DNA of 44,928 nt from positions 1 through 44,928 of the forward strand of contig CBDDDG010000025.1 of NCBI GenBank assembly GCA_965226555.1, in the 5' to 3' direction. A program made the translations under genes and the position numbers. The first letter of the stretch is position 1; each line of letters begins with the position of its first letter. This stretch comes from Salinispira sp. GTDB taxonomy: Bacteria; Spirochaetota; Spirochaetia; DSM-27196; Salinispiraceae. The notes beneath the pieces are model-generated. The model had not been told where the DNA came from. It did no database searches and worked only from the letters and a program-made list of their open reading frames with translations. Below are positions 1-9,608 of this stretch, piece after piece.

Positions 1-174
1 GTAGCCGGCGGTGCCGAATATGAGCAGAAGCCCTATTGCGTCTATCGGCAGGTCAAAGCTCTCCCGAATCCCGGGCCATGCCACTCCATGAAGCCCATCG
101 GGCATGCCGAGAGAAATAAAGGCAATGAATGCGAGCGCAACAAGGACACCCTTCTTTTTCTGTATCTGGTTCAT
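1..174 (-). CDS. MFS transporter, 5' part (runs off window start)
   Basis: Manual translation from ATG 174: MNQIQKKKGVLVALAFIAFISLGMPDGLHGVAWPGIRESFDLPIDAIGLLLIFGTAGY, a typical MFS N-terminus; AAGGAG SD upstream. Confidence 0.75.
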   Translation of the reverse strand, partial: MNQIQKKKGVLVALAFIAFISLGMPDGLHGVAWPGIRESFDLPIDAIGLLLIFGTAGY

Positions 175-239
175 GTTTTATGCGTTCTCCTTAATTGTGC
201 ACTGGCAGCATATCAGGATTTTGCGGTATGCTCAAGAAT

Positions 240-1348
240 ATGAAATGTGTGGTAACAGATTTTTCTCCGATCGGTTCAGAGTGGAGCAGTGAAAGACTTG
301 GGGCGGCGGGCATTGAGTTTTGCGCCTTCCAGTTGAGGGGCGGCAGTCCGGCGCTGCTTCTCCGCCATATTGCCGATGCCGATGTTGTTATTGTTGATCA
401 GGCGCAGATTTCAGCGGAGGTCATTTCCGGTTTGACGAACTGCGCATTAATTATACGCAATGGCGATGGCTACGATAATGTTGATGTTGATGCTGCGAGT
501 GAGCGCGGTATTGTCTGTATCAATAAGCCGGGCTTCTGGAGCCGGGAAGTTGCGGAACAGACGCTTGCGCTGACGCTTTCCCTTCTGCGGAATCTGCCGC
601 GGCAGCAGGAGGCAGCCCGCAGTCCGCTGATTAATGCCGGGTGGGATGTTTCTCTTCCCATCGCCCAGAAGCGTCTGAGCGATTTGACTGCGGGCATTAT
701 CGGATTCGGCAGGATCGGAGCGCAGGCAGCCGAGCTTTTCAGTGCCGTGTTTGCCAGAGTACTTGTGTATTCACCCTCCCTGAGTTTACCGCCGGCATCG
801 CCTCCGACATCCGCTGACGCGGCTCAAAAGCCGCCGCCGGCATCCGCTGACGCGACATCAGCAGAGACAGCATCATCCAACGCAGGGCGCAGATTACCCG
901 GGAACAGTATTCCGGTGTCGCTGGATGAATTGCGCGCAGAATCCGATGTGGTGAGCCTTCATCTTCCGGCTTCAGGCAGCAGCATCGGCATGGTGTCCGC
1001 AGATTTTTTTCGGGAATGAAACGGGGCGCCTGCCTTATAAACACGGCGCGCGGTTCTCTTGTTAATACTGATGCCCTGCTCGCAGCCCTCAGGTCGGGGC
1101 AGGTCGGGGGGGCAGCTCTCGATGTTACATCGCCCGAACCGCTGCCTGCGGGTCATCCGCTGCTGGGCATGAGCAATGTTATTGTCGTTCCGCATATGGC
1201 CTGGTACAGTGAGACTTCCCTGCGGAATATGCGCGTGAGTATTATGGATGATGTTCTTGCGCTTGCGCAGGGCAGGCTGCCTGCGGGCATACTTAATCCG
1301 CAGGTTCTCCGTTCGGCGCAATTTCGTCTTGGGGGAAATATCAGCTGA
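240..1348 (+). pseudogene. D-2-hydroxyacid dehydrogenase (CtBP/SerA-like), split by a 1-nt frameshift near 1004-1016
   Basis: ORF1 has RNGDGYDNVD and GIIGFGRIG; ORF2 has LINTARG, ALDV..PEP and PHMAWYS. One extra T in the T7 run at 1004-1010 restores ADFFSGMKRGACLINTARG. Confidence 0.85.
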
Positions 1349-1489
1349 GATCGCGCTGGTCGCAGCCTATATATGGCGGGCGCAGAAGGCGGGGTCGATA
1401 TTGAGACGCTGAAAGACTGAAAATATAAAACTCCTTATTTCACTAACAAGATCGGGATTGTTACATTCCCGAAGGAGTTCTCAATAATA

Positions 1490-1543
1490 GAAATTTTTGC
1501 ATTGGAAAATTGTGCTTGCGCAATTTCCAGTAGCAAAACTTTG
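1490..1543. repeat. 54-bp palindromic MITE/REP-like element, copy 1
   Basis: GAAATTTTTGCATTGGAAAATTGTGCTTGCGCAATTTCCAGTAGCAAAACTTTG with TA on both sides; near-identical to 32255-32308 and 42280-42333. Confidence 0.85.
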
Positions 1544-1597
1544 TAATAATTATGTGAATGATACGTTTGTGTGATATGCTTATTTCAGAGGATAAAT

Positions 1598-2176
1598 ATG
1601 AATAAACATAGCAATACTGCGTTTGATGAAAAAAAGGCAACTGCCCTGGCCGCGATAATCATTAAAAATGATAACGGGAAGGGGGCCATGAATTATATGA
1701 AACTTCTAAAAATGATGTATATGTGTGACCGCCTCACGCTCAGAAAATTTAATCATACAATTACTCATGATACATACATCGCGATGAAGAAAGGCCCTGT
1801 ACTTTCATACACATACAATATTATTGCGATGGCCGATGATACTGTTTCAGGATTCGGTACCTTCTGGAAGAAGTATATCCACACAGATGAGGATAGATAC
1901 GAGGTTACACTATGCGATTCGGAGGGGCCGGAAGGTATTCTTTATCCGGATGAAAAGGATATTGCGCGATATGTGAGTGATTCCTACAAATTGCTGAATG
2001 AATGGGAGATAGTTGATATTATATACATGCTCTGTGATGAATGGAAAGATTCCCGAAAAAAAAATGCCAGCCACCGCCCAATTTCTCTTGATATGATGAG
2101 AAAAGCAATACAAAGGGAAGAAAAACAGGATAAAAAAATTCTCGCTTCGATAATCAGGGATAGCGGCAGCATATAA
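1598..2176 (+). CDS. Panacea domain (DUF4065/SocA-like) antitoxin-family protein
   Basis: FDEKKA...MNYMKLLKMMYMCDR...ITHDTYIAMKKGPV motif; GAGGA SD before ATG 1598. Confidence 0.8.
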   Translation: MNKHSNTAFDEKKATALAAIIIKNDNGKGAMNYMKLLKMMYMCDRLTLRKFNHTITHDTYIAMKKGPVLSYTYNIIAMADDTVSGFGTFWKKYIHTDEDRYEVTLCDSEGPEGILYPDEKDIARYVSDSYKLLNEWEIVDIIYMLCDEWKDSRKKNASHRPISLDMMRKAIQREEKQDKKILASIIRDSGSI

Positions 2177-2229
2177 CTAAGCAAAACTTTTTAACATAAT
2201 TTATGTTCGTTTTTGAAGGAGGATTTTTC

Positions 2230-2520
2230 ATGAAACGGAACGTTATTCTGTTTTTCATTCTTATAACCCTCGGCAACCTCATTCTGGTTATATTCCCAGC
2301 CATGGCTGCGGGCAGTATAAGAAAGGCAGTTGAACACGGGTTCCTGCTCGGGGTTGTCTCGTATGGAACTCTGGGTCTGACCGTTGCCTGGCTTATTCCG
2401 GGGTATCCTCTGGCGCTGACGGCCATTGTTATTGTTTCCGGCGGGGTGTTTTCGCTTATCTGTTCTGGATTCACAACCTTTATTGGTCTGAAGCTCGACA
2501 GAAAAGCCGCAGGAAGCTGA
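2230..2520 (+). CDS. small membrane protein, DUF2177-like (possibly truncated)
   Basis: Three hydrophobic segments; GFLLGVVSYGT motif; AAGGAGG SD. Confidence 0.5.
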   Translation: MKRNVILFFILITLGNLILVIFPAMAAGSIRKAVEHGFLLGVVSYGTLGLTVAWLIPGYPLALTAIVIVSGGVFSLICSGFTTFIGLKLDRKAAGS

Positions 2521-2546
2521 AATGGACAGCCGAGGTTGATATACAT

Positions 2547-2569
2547 GGAGCCCTGTTTGCACGGGCTCC
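2547..2569. terminator. hairpin between convergent genes
   Basis: GGAGCCC-N9-GGGCTCC followed by GTTTAT. Confidence 0.5.
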
Positions 2570-2613
2570 GTTTATGGAAACAGGAGTTTGTTCAGCGGCG
2601 GAAATTTCATCTG

Positions 2614-3156
2614 TTAGTCCAGAAATAACGGTAGCTCCTGGAGTATTTCCAGTATTGAGTGCACCTCAAAGTTCTTTAAGGTTTTTTTCTGCGTGAAGTC
2701 CTCAATTAAAATGCCCAGTTCTTCATCGTTATATATTTCAACATACATGTAGCGATTTTGATTCTTGAATACAAAACCAATACCTTCTTCAGATAACTGA
2801 GTTAAACGATGCGGCCTGAAATTGTTGGCAATACACGCTGAAATTAATTCCGTAGCCTTATTCAAAGCAAAACTATTGGGACCCGGTATATTATCATCGC
2901 TCCATTTATTTCCCATTACCTTAATGTTCTCTAACTGGGTAGTTAGTTTTTTTTCGAGAAGTTCTAATTCTTGTTTCTGAGTAGCCTCACGTTCATATTG
3001 AATATCTGATTTATCTATCACCACGTTTGGATTAGCGTCGGTAGAGATATTTGGAATTAAAAATGTGTCTGTCCGTGATTCTTTATAGAAACGCGCTAAT
3101 TCATGATCAAAGATTTTCGATGTGTGAGGATAAAGGGGTAGCGTAGCAATACTCAT
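2614..3156 (-). CDS. hypothetical protein coupled to the TIGR04255-like gene
   Basis: 180-aa ORF; ATGA overlap with upstream gene; low GC. Confidence 0.7.
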   Translation of the reverse strand: MSIATLPLYPHTSKIFDHELARFYKESRTDTFLIPNISTDANPNVVIDKSDIQYEREATQKQELELLEKKLTTQLENIKVMGNKWSDDNIPGPNSFALNKATELISACIANNFRPHRLTQLSEEGIGFVFKNQNRYMYVEIYNDEELGILIEDFTQKKTLKNFEVHSILEILQELPLFLD

Positions 3157-3926
3157 TGTTTATCTCCTGCATATCCCCATTTTTTCTTTGCCTCATCGGT
3201 AATCATGTCAACAAATTGTGTAATCAATATATCATGGGCAGTATTGAACCATTGTTTTAATTGATGTGTCTCTGTGGATATGAATCCCCGGCATGAATTC
3301 TCCAATACCAATAATCGTTTCTGATTAATTGTATTTTGAGCACTTTTAACCGTGATATTCAACGATCCTCCGACTGAGGGTTTTGATATTGTGAGATCAA
3401 TATCTATACCTGTCAGATCATGGGAATCAGTAAGCATATTTAAGATCCTATGTACAGGATAGTGCTTATTTCCAAAATCTTCCAGATATACGTGTGCAAC
3501 ATAGGCCATTTCATATTGATTGATGTGTTTTGTTATATCTTCTGATATTGTTTTGGATATTTGCGTAACGATTCTGAGAAACGCTTCGAGTAGATTGTTA
3601 TATCTCGGATATTCGGATTTATCGTTTGTTTTTTGCCAATTCAATAATATTCTGTCAGGTTGAATTTGAATGCTCCGGGCTTTGTTACGTTCGATTAAAT
3701 GGAATCGGGTATAATGATCGGAAAGGAATTTTTGTATTGGATGTTCACCTTTATCATTGAAGATAGCAGGTAATAGCGGCATTTCTTTAATTTCGGGAAA
3801 ATCTGATTTTAGATGATTTATTGTATCAAGCATCTTATTTGTTGGAAGAGCCTCAGGGTTTATTTGAATTCCCAAAATGACTTCATTTAATGGCGGATCT
3901 CTAAAATTTACTGACATAATTTGCAT
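3153..3926 (-). CDS. TIGR04255-family protein (alternative start 3917)
   Basis: F.DPPLNEVILGIQ, IQIQPDRILLNW, EYPRY and AH...F...IT.EAKKKW motifs. Confidence 0.7.
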   Translation of the reverse strand: MQIMSVNFRDPPLNEVILGIQINPEALPTNKMLDTINHLKSDFPEIKEMPLLPAIFNDKGEHPIQKFLSDHYTRFHLIERNKARSIQIQPDRILLNWQKTNDKSEYPRYNNLLEAFLRIVTQISKTISEDITKHINQYEMAYVAHVYLEDFGNKHYPVHRILNMLTDSHDLTGIDIDLTISKPSVGGSLNITVKSAQNTINQKRLLVLENSCRGFISTETHQLKQWFNTAHDILITQFVDMITDEAKKKWGYAGDKQ

Positions 3927-3978
3927 TCTCCAGTTTCCTTGGGGATGATTTTATATTAGAAGAAACTTTTGCATTGAT

Positions 3979-4003
3979 AAAGTTTTGCCTGTGGCAAAAC
4001 TTT
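3979..4003. repeat. short derivative of the palindromic element (terminal arms only)
   Basis: AAAGTTTTGCC-TGT-GGCAAAACTTT, a perfect 11-bp stem. Confidence 0.65.
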
Positions 4004-4046
4004 CTATACCTTGAGAGAATCAAGAATATGGATGAGAGAATCCTTA

Positions 4047-4089
4047 TTGGAAAATTGTGCTTGCACAATTTTCAGTAGCAAAACGTTCG
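4047..4089. repeat. left-truncated copy of the 54-bp palindromic element
   Basis: ATTGGAAAATTGTGCTTGCACAATTTTCAGTAGCAAAACGTT. Confidence 0.75.
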
Positions 4090-4097
4090 TATAGTTC

Positions 4098-4147
4098 TCA
4101 ATGGATATGCTCCGCAATTTCACGGAAGGGTTCGCCTGTTTTTTCAT
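4098..4147. repeat. 50-bp direct repeat, copy A
   Basis: 46/50 identical to 5786-5835. Confidence 0.85.
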
Positions 4148-4148
4148 G

Positions 4149-4514
4149 CTATCTATGCTGATCAATCAAAATTGGATTCCCGTCAGGATCTTCAATCATG
4201 ATACTGCCGGAACCATGTTCGGTGTTGTCGCTCACCAATGTAATGCCTCTGCGAATCAACTCGTCACGCAGTTCTTTCACATCGGTAAAGTCATCAATGT
4301 TCTGAGCAGATTGATTCCAGCCAGGATTAAATGAGAGTATATTTTTATCGAACATCCCTTGGAATAATCCAATGACATGTTCTCCATTGTGCAAAATGAT
4401 CCATCCTTCGCCGCTCTTTTCCCCGAGAGGCTCAAATCCGAGCTTCTCATAGAAACGCTTTGAAGCCTCAATATCTTTAACAGCCAGACTTATTGAAAAC
4501 GCACCTAAATTCAT
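4149..4514 (-). CDS. VOC/glyoxalase family protein
   Basis: MNLGAFSISLAVKDIEASKRFYEKLGF...EDPDGNPILIDQH; AAGGAG SD. Confidence 0.9.
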   Translation of the reverse strand: MNLGAFSISLAVKDIEASKRFYEKLGFEPLGEKSGEGWIILHNGEHVIGLFQGMFDKNILSFNPGWNQSAQNIDDFTDVKELRDELIRRGITLVSDNTEHGSGSIMIEDPDGNPILIDQHR

Positions 4515-4612
4515 TTTTTCTCCTTCACGTGAAAATTTTTGCATTGATATATATGCCGGGGTTATTCGAAAACATCGGCACGGGAACATCAATTGAAAGA
4601 GTAAGCGTCAAA

Positions 4613-5584
4613 TCAATCCTGAAGGGTGTTGGTTTTCAGCTGCACTGTCCGCATTTCCTCATCGCTCAGCCCGGTAATCCTCTGAACAGCCTCGGTCGAC
4701 AACCCTTCCGAAAACATACTGCGGGCAGTTTCTCGAATGCCTCTCTCCATTCCTTCTGCAAGACCTTCAACCCGTCCCTGGTTGACAAACCAATCACTCA
4801 TCTGGACTTTTTTCATCATAACTTCTTCTCCTTCGGGATTTATTTCCCTGTTGATTTTTTCAAAGCGTGTATCCAGTTTCAAGGCCTTCAGATAGAGCAG
4901 AAGGTTCGGGATCATCTCTCGGGAATTCTCTGCGGGAAGATCTTTCAGATACTTCGCAACCTTCCGCAAGTCTTCATCGCCTGTCTTACTGACTTTCCGC
5001 ATAATATAGCACAGAGCTCCCCCTGTCAACACAACTCCGTCTGACCCCCGGGTAAACTTATCCTCGCTCATCCTATTCAAATCGACCATCACAGGCCTAT
5101 TGAGAACCTTTGGCCTCGCAAGGTATTTTTCCATCATTGTGTACAATTTTTCCGGTATGTGTGTATGTATATCTTGGGAACTGTGAAAACTGAGATTTCC
5201 TTCCCATAGTGCTTCGCCATGATACCACAGCACCAGAACAAGAAGATCGGTCTGCGCCTGAAATGTCCTGCTGTTTATGAGGGCTTTCTGGTATTTATCG
5301 AACTGTTCGCTGACCTTCGGATCAAACATGCTTTTGTGCTCAATAAGTAGCACGATTCGTAAACCGTCGAATTCCCCTTTGAGGGGAATAATGAGAATGA
5401 GATCGCAGAGTACCTCACGCCCTTTGTCAACGTAGATGGTGTTTTCGATGCGAATAGCATCTAGGTCCATAATGTTAACGATGTCCTTTGGAAAAATTAT
5501 CCGTGGAATATCGGCTGCCGCCTCGGGGGTGCCATAGATGCTCTTAAACGCAATATCATGGATATTGTATCCGGCATTACTCAT
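4613..5584 (-). CDS. Rpn family recombination-promoting nuclease/putative transposase (copy 1)
   Basis: HDIAFKS, CDLI...IEHKS PD-(D/E)XK core; C-terminal EG..EG..RETARSM..GLS...ITGLS. Confidence 0.9.
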   Translation of the reverse strand: MSNAGYNIHDIAFKSIYGTPEAAADIPRIIFPKDIVNIMDLDAIRIENTIYVDKGREVLCDLILIIPLKGEFDGLRIVLLIEHKSMFDPKVSEQFDKYQKALINSRTFQAQTDLLVLVLWYHGEALWEGNLSFHSSQDIHTHIPEKLYTMMEKYLARPKVLNRPVMVDLNRMSEDKFTRGSDGVVLTGGALCYIMRKVSKTGDEDLRKVAKYLKDLPAENSREMIPNLLLYLKALKLDTRFEKINREINPEGEEVMMKKVQMSDWFVNQGRVEGLAEGMERGIRETARSMFSEGLSTEAVQRITGLSDEEMRTVQLKTNTLQD

Positions 5585-5785
5585 AATATGCCTCCTGCTA
5601 TATCTATAACTGGAGAAATGTCATTTTTAACTGTGTTTTTTGAAAGAATGTTGCAAAATTTGTGATTTTTTTTCGGGGCGGAGGGGTGAGTGGGCAGGAA
5701 TGTGGTGCGCGTATGATTGAATTGGCCCCTGTATTACAGGGTGTATTGACGCTTACATGAAAGATACTCTATTTTTGTATGGTTT

Positions 5786-5835
5786 TCAATGGATATCTCC
5801 CGCAATTTCACGGAAGGGTGCGCCTGTTTTTTCAT
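5786..5835. repeat. 50-bp direct repeat, copy B
   Basis: 46/50 identical to 4098-4147. Confidence 0.85.
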
Positions 5836-5908
5836 ACCCGGACTTCTGGGGGCATGGGTGGATTGTTGCGGGTAGCATGGAGGAATGGGGAGGGAGGGTA
5901 CACTACAA

Positions 5909-8900
5909 TTATTGATTTTTCCCCGTTAGCTTCTCAAGCAGTCTTTGCATTATTCCCTTCTGATCGTCATCCTCAATGCCATCTACGCGTTTCTTCAATG
6001 ATCGACGTTCAGAAGTACTTAGTTTTTTTCCAAGCAATGCATTATTTGCGATGTTTTCAATAAAATACTCTACGACTTCATTTTTTCCATTACTATGCCA
6101 ATCAACTACGATGTCGATGATTTCATTATATGATTTAAAAATCTTATTCCAGTCAATAAATTCTTTGTTTAGTTTAATATAGAGGACATTTATTTCACGT
6201 AATTTATTTTTTAGGAATGAATTCACATGTCTGGTGAAAGCGTCTTTTTTTGATGATGTTAGAATTGATACTAAATCTTTCCAGCCTTCGCCATCCAACT
6301 TTACGTCAGATTCTACATTGTGAATAAAATCATCGGAGTGGTCTTGCAATGCATCAATGTAATTACCTGTTGTCAACGAAAACTTCTGATTTTTGTGGAT
6401 AAGGGTAATAACATTTAATAAAGAATCATTTTCATCAAGTGCTTTTCTCCAATCGTCTTTTTTAACACTCTTTAATTTTGTAGTCAGGATCGTATGAACT
6501 TCCTCTTCCAGTTCAACCATGCTTTCCACATAAAGGCATAACTCCTGAGAATATTGGAAGATATCATCAATAAAATTGAACTCATCATGAATTGAATTAT
6601 CATTCTTAATAAACGATTGGGTAATTTGAACTAATTGCCCATGATTCAATTTTTTGAATAGATGTATTAGGGCTGAAATAATCTCACTTTTCTTACTCGC
6701 AAAGAGATTTTGCTTTAATTTATTTGTATCATCATTTTCTGAAATACTGGCGATGATATCGTAAGCCAATGTATTTTCGTCATCTTCAATTAGTTTCCAG
6801 ATAAATTCTAAGTTATCCGTATTTTCTAATCGATCAATTATTGATTTTAGAATACTTGGATCACTTGTCATCCAGATATCTTGTACCCGTTGTAGTCCAG
6901 CGCTGGAATAATTACTATTAGGAATTTGATGAGTCTGAAGATTTTCTTTTAATAATTTACCTGCGATAATTGCTATAATATAATCGTAATCAGTTTTAAC
7001 ATACTGAAAAGCATTGAATAGTTCCCAGCCATCACGTAAGTCCTCCAAAGTAGAACCAGATAGAATGGATAAGGGTAATAGTTCAAATATCCATAGCACG
7101 TGAATATTGTTCAGAGATGCTGTTCGGGATAGGTATTCAGGCAAGTTAGCAACAAATGCATCCCATTTATACTCTTTTAAATGATAGCGAATTATGTATT
7201 TATAGGGATCATATATTTCGGAAAAATTATCAACGGTTGTCATAGATTGGTTTAATTCAGCGAAGCACTCGTCAGTTATTATAAAATATTTACCAATGTC
7301 TTCAAGATCGTTTTTATGTAAATAATTAGCCCATGCAATAAACTGATGTGTGTCAAAATTGAACTCCATTGGTTCAAAATTCAATTTTCGATATTCCGTA
7401 TGATCAATGAGCAATTTATATTTTGGTATAATATCATGTGTCCATTCTTCATCGGATTCTTCGTTTTGCTCACTAAAGAACTTATTGAGTAATTCATTAA
7501 AGTGCTTTAAAGATTCCTGAACAAAATCTTCATTATCTACTAAGTTGTGATATGCTGTATAATATTTGAATTCCGTACTACTGAAGAAATCGTTTATGAC
7601 CACAGGTATTATATTTTTTTCATTTAATTTTTTGATAAAGGGTTCTAATTTTTGGCGCTGTTCTTCATGTTTTTTGAAGACCTCAGTTACTGCATATGAA
7701 TAAGTTAAAAGGGTACCTGAAGATAATTTACCTACAAGAATATGTTGATTGAATACAGTCCAAAATCCTTCTGGATGCTTTTCAACAGAATCTTTCAATT
7801 CATCTATCTTCTCATTCTCCAATGCAGCTTCTATTTCCGGCAAAAGGAGCATCTCATATCCTTTCTTCGGCTCAACCCCAAAGGCCAAACCTGCCAATTC
7901 TGCCATTGCATTATTTGAGAGTGCATTATCTGAGAGAAATCCTTTATGGATGGAAACTGTTTTCACATCTTTATCTATTTTATCTATAAGCTCATCATTT
8001 CTCAGATGTTTACATATTTGATCTGTTGACTGGTTTTCCAATTCTCGCCAGATTACATAATATGCGATTGATGATATTGATATAGTACCGCCCCAGATTG
8101 ATGCGAGAAATGCAGTCTGGTTAATATAATTTTTTATTTCTCTTGGGGTGGGTATATCCATCATCGTTTTTCGTGTTACGCGGAGGACATCTACCAAAAT
8201 ATTTTGCTCATTTTCTGGCCAAGAATGAATTGCCTCTTTAATGAGTAATTTCGTGAATTTTTCCCATTCCGAAAATAAAGGTTTTGGAACATCAATTCTT
8301 AACTGAAAACTTTTATCAATAAATGATTTCGATATACTATTACCATCAATAGATGATTTATCTATGTTATTACCAGCATTACGATTCCATATTTTCTGCA
8401 ATCCTGAGCTGTCAAAGGGGACTAAAATCCAAACCTTATTGAAATTCTCATTCTTTGTTGAATCGGTTTCATTTCTTTCTTGAAGAAAAATTTGGAGGGT
8501 GGACCACATACTCAGAGCATTCGATTTTTCTATTCTGTCAAGGTTATCAATAACAAGGACTATCTTTTTGATGGCTGTGCAATCAAAAACACAATCTAAA
8601 ATTTCAAAAAAATAGTTCTCAAATTCAATGGATGTTCGTTCATCCATTTCAGAAAATTCTTTCTCTTCAACCTCAGAATCATCATTTTGCAGAAACATCC
8701 AGTTTTTTGCGGCAAATATATCTTTGAGTTTGGTTTTCTTTAAACAAACACGTATAATATTTATTAGTATAACCGGAAACGGAGCAAATACAGCAGTCAG
8801 TCCCAAAGCAAAAATAACGGGATTACTACTTATTTGGGTTAAATTAATATTGGAGAGTGCAGCCGCGCCAAAGGGAACAAATAATGCAAATACAGAAAAT

Positions 8901-9346
8901 ACTATCCCCTTCTTTGTAATACTTCTTTTTCTGTGTATTGTTTTCGTGATTATCTGATTATTTATTATTTTCTTTTTTTCATTTAGCTTTTCAATTACGC
9001 ACATTCTCTTTTTCGAGTTAATGTGATTTTTCTGGTCGATCTGACTTACCAGTGCATTGATAAAAGATACAAGAAAGATTTTCCGTAATTTATCACCTTC
9101 GTGAGCCCATGCGTCAAACTGAAATGTGCAAATGGGGGCATTCGCTTCCTTAATTTTATTAAAGATCATCGAAATAATGGAAGATTTTCCCGATCCCCAA
9201 GAACCTTCTAAGCCTATTGTTATTCCCTTGTCTTTGGTAAGTATTAAATCGGACAATGATTGGGCAATTTTCTCATGGGTTTTGTCATCGAATAAATCTT
9301 CACTTGAAACCGATTCATTCAGTAAGTTAAATTCGTAATTCGCCAT
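5909..9346 (-). CDS. KAP family P-loop NTPase with long C-terminal extension
   Basis: IGLEGSWGSGKS Walker A, FDAWAHEGD, two TM segments inside the NTPase, VLVIDNLDR Walker B, TPREIK; AT-rich. Confidence 0.9.
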   Translation of the reverse strand: MANYEFNLLNESVSSEDLFDDKTHEKIAQSLSDLILTKDKGITIGLEGSWGSGKSSIISMIFNKIKEANAPICTFQFDAWAHEGDKLRKIFLVSFINALVSQIDQKNHINSKKRMCVIEKLNEKKKIINNQIITKTIHRKRSITKKGIVFSVFALFVPFGAAALSNINLTQISSNPVIFALGLTAVFAPFPVILINIIRVCLKKTKLKDIFAAKNWMFLQNDDSEVEEKEFSEMDERTSIEFENYFFEILDCVFDCTAIKKIVLVIDNLDRIEKSNALSMWSTLQIFLQERNETDSTKNENFNKVWILVPFDSSGLQKIWNRNAGNNIDKSSIDGNSISKSFIDKSFQLRIDVPKPLFSEWEKFTKLLIKEAIHSWPENEQNILVDVLRVTRKTMMDIPTPREIKNYINQTAFLASIWGGTISISSIAYYVIWRELENQSTDQICKHLRNDELIDKIDKDVKTVSIHKGFLSDNALSNNAMAELAGLAFGVEPKKGYEMLLLPEIEAALENEKIDELKDSVEKHPEGFWTVFNQHILVGKLSSGTLLTYSYAVTEVFKKHEEQRQKLEPFIKKLNEKNIIPVVINDFFSSTEFKYYTAYHNLVDNEDFVQESLKHFNELLNKFFSEQNEESDEEWTHDIIPKYKLLIDHTEYRKLNFEPMEFNFDTHQFIAWANYLHKNDLEDIGKYFIITDECFAELNQSMTTVDNFSEIYDPYKYIIRYHLKEYKWDAFVANLPEYLSRTASLNNIHVLWIFELLPLSILSGSTLEDLRDGWELFNAFQYVKTDYDYIIAIIAGKLLKENLQTHQIPNSNYSSAGLQRVQDIWMTSDPSILKSIIDRLENTDNLEFIWKLIEDDENTLAYDIIASISENDDTNKLKQNLFASKKSEIISALIHLFKKLNHGQLVQITQSFIKNDNSIHDEFNFIDDIFQYSQELCLYVESMVELEEEVHTILTTKLKSVKKDDWRKALDENDSLLNVITLIHKNQKFSLTTGNYIDALQDHSDDFIHNVESDVKLDGEGWKDLVSILTSSKKDAFTRHVNSFLKNKLREINVLYIKLNKEFIDWNKIFKSYNEIIDIVVDWHSNGKNEVVEYFIENIANNALLGKKLSTSERRSLKKRVDGIEDDDQKGIMQRLLEKLTGKNQ

Positions 9347-9608
9347 TTCGTACTATACCCCCATGCAGTTTCACGATATTTGAAGGTTTTTATTTATCTC
9401 AAGAAAGATAATTCCAGATAAGCCATTATATCCCAATATCCGCAAATCTGCACAGTAATTTTATCAAAATTTGAATATTTAAAAACACTAATTTTTACTA
9501 TTCCTGTCTGAATCATCAATCTCAACAATACCCACCCCACCCCGCACCCACCTCAAATAATCGCTGGGTTCGCCCGCCCCAAAACGGCCCCAAAACGCCC
9601 GCCCCCAG

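Noticed and set aside
1429..1479. Nested inverted repeats as a possible ncRNA
   Set aside because: Single copy with short stems and no recognisable family; insufficient support
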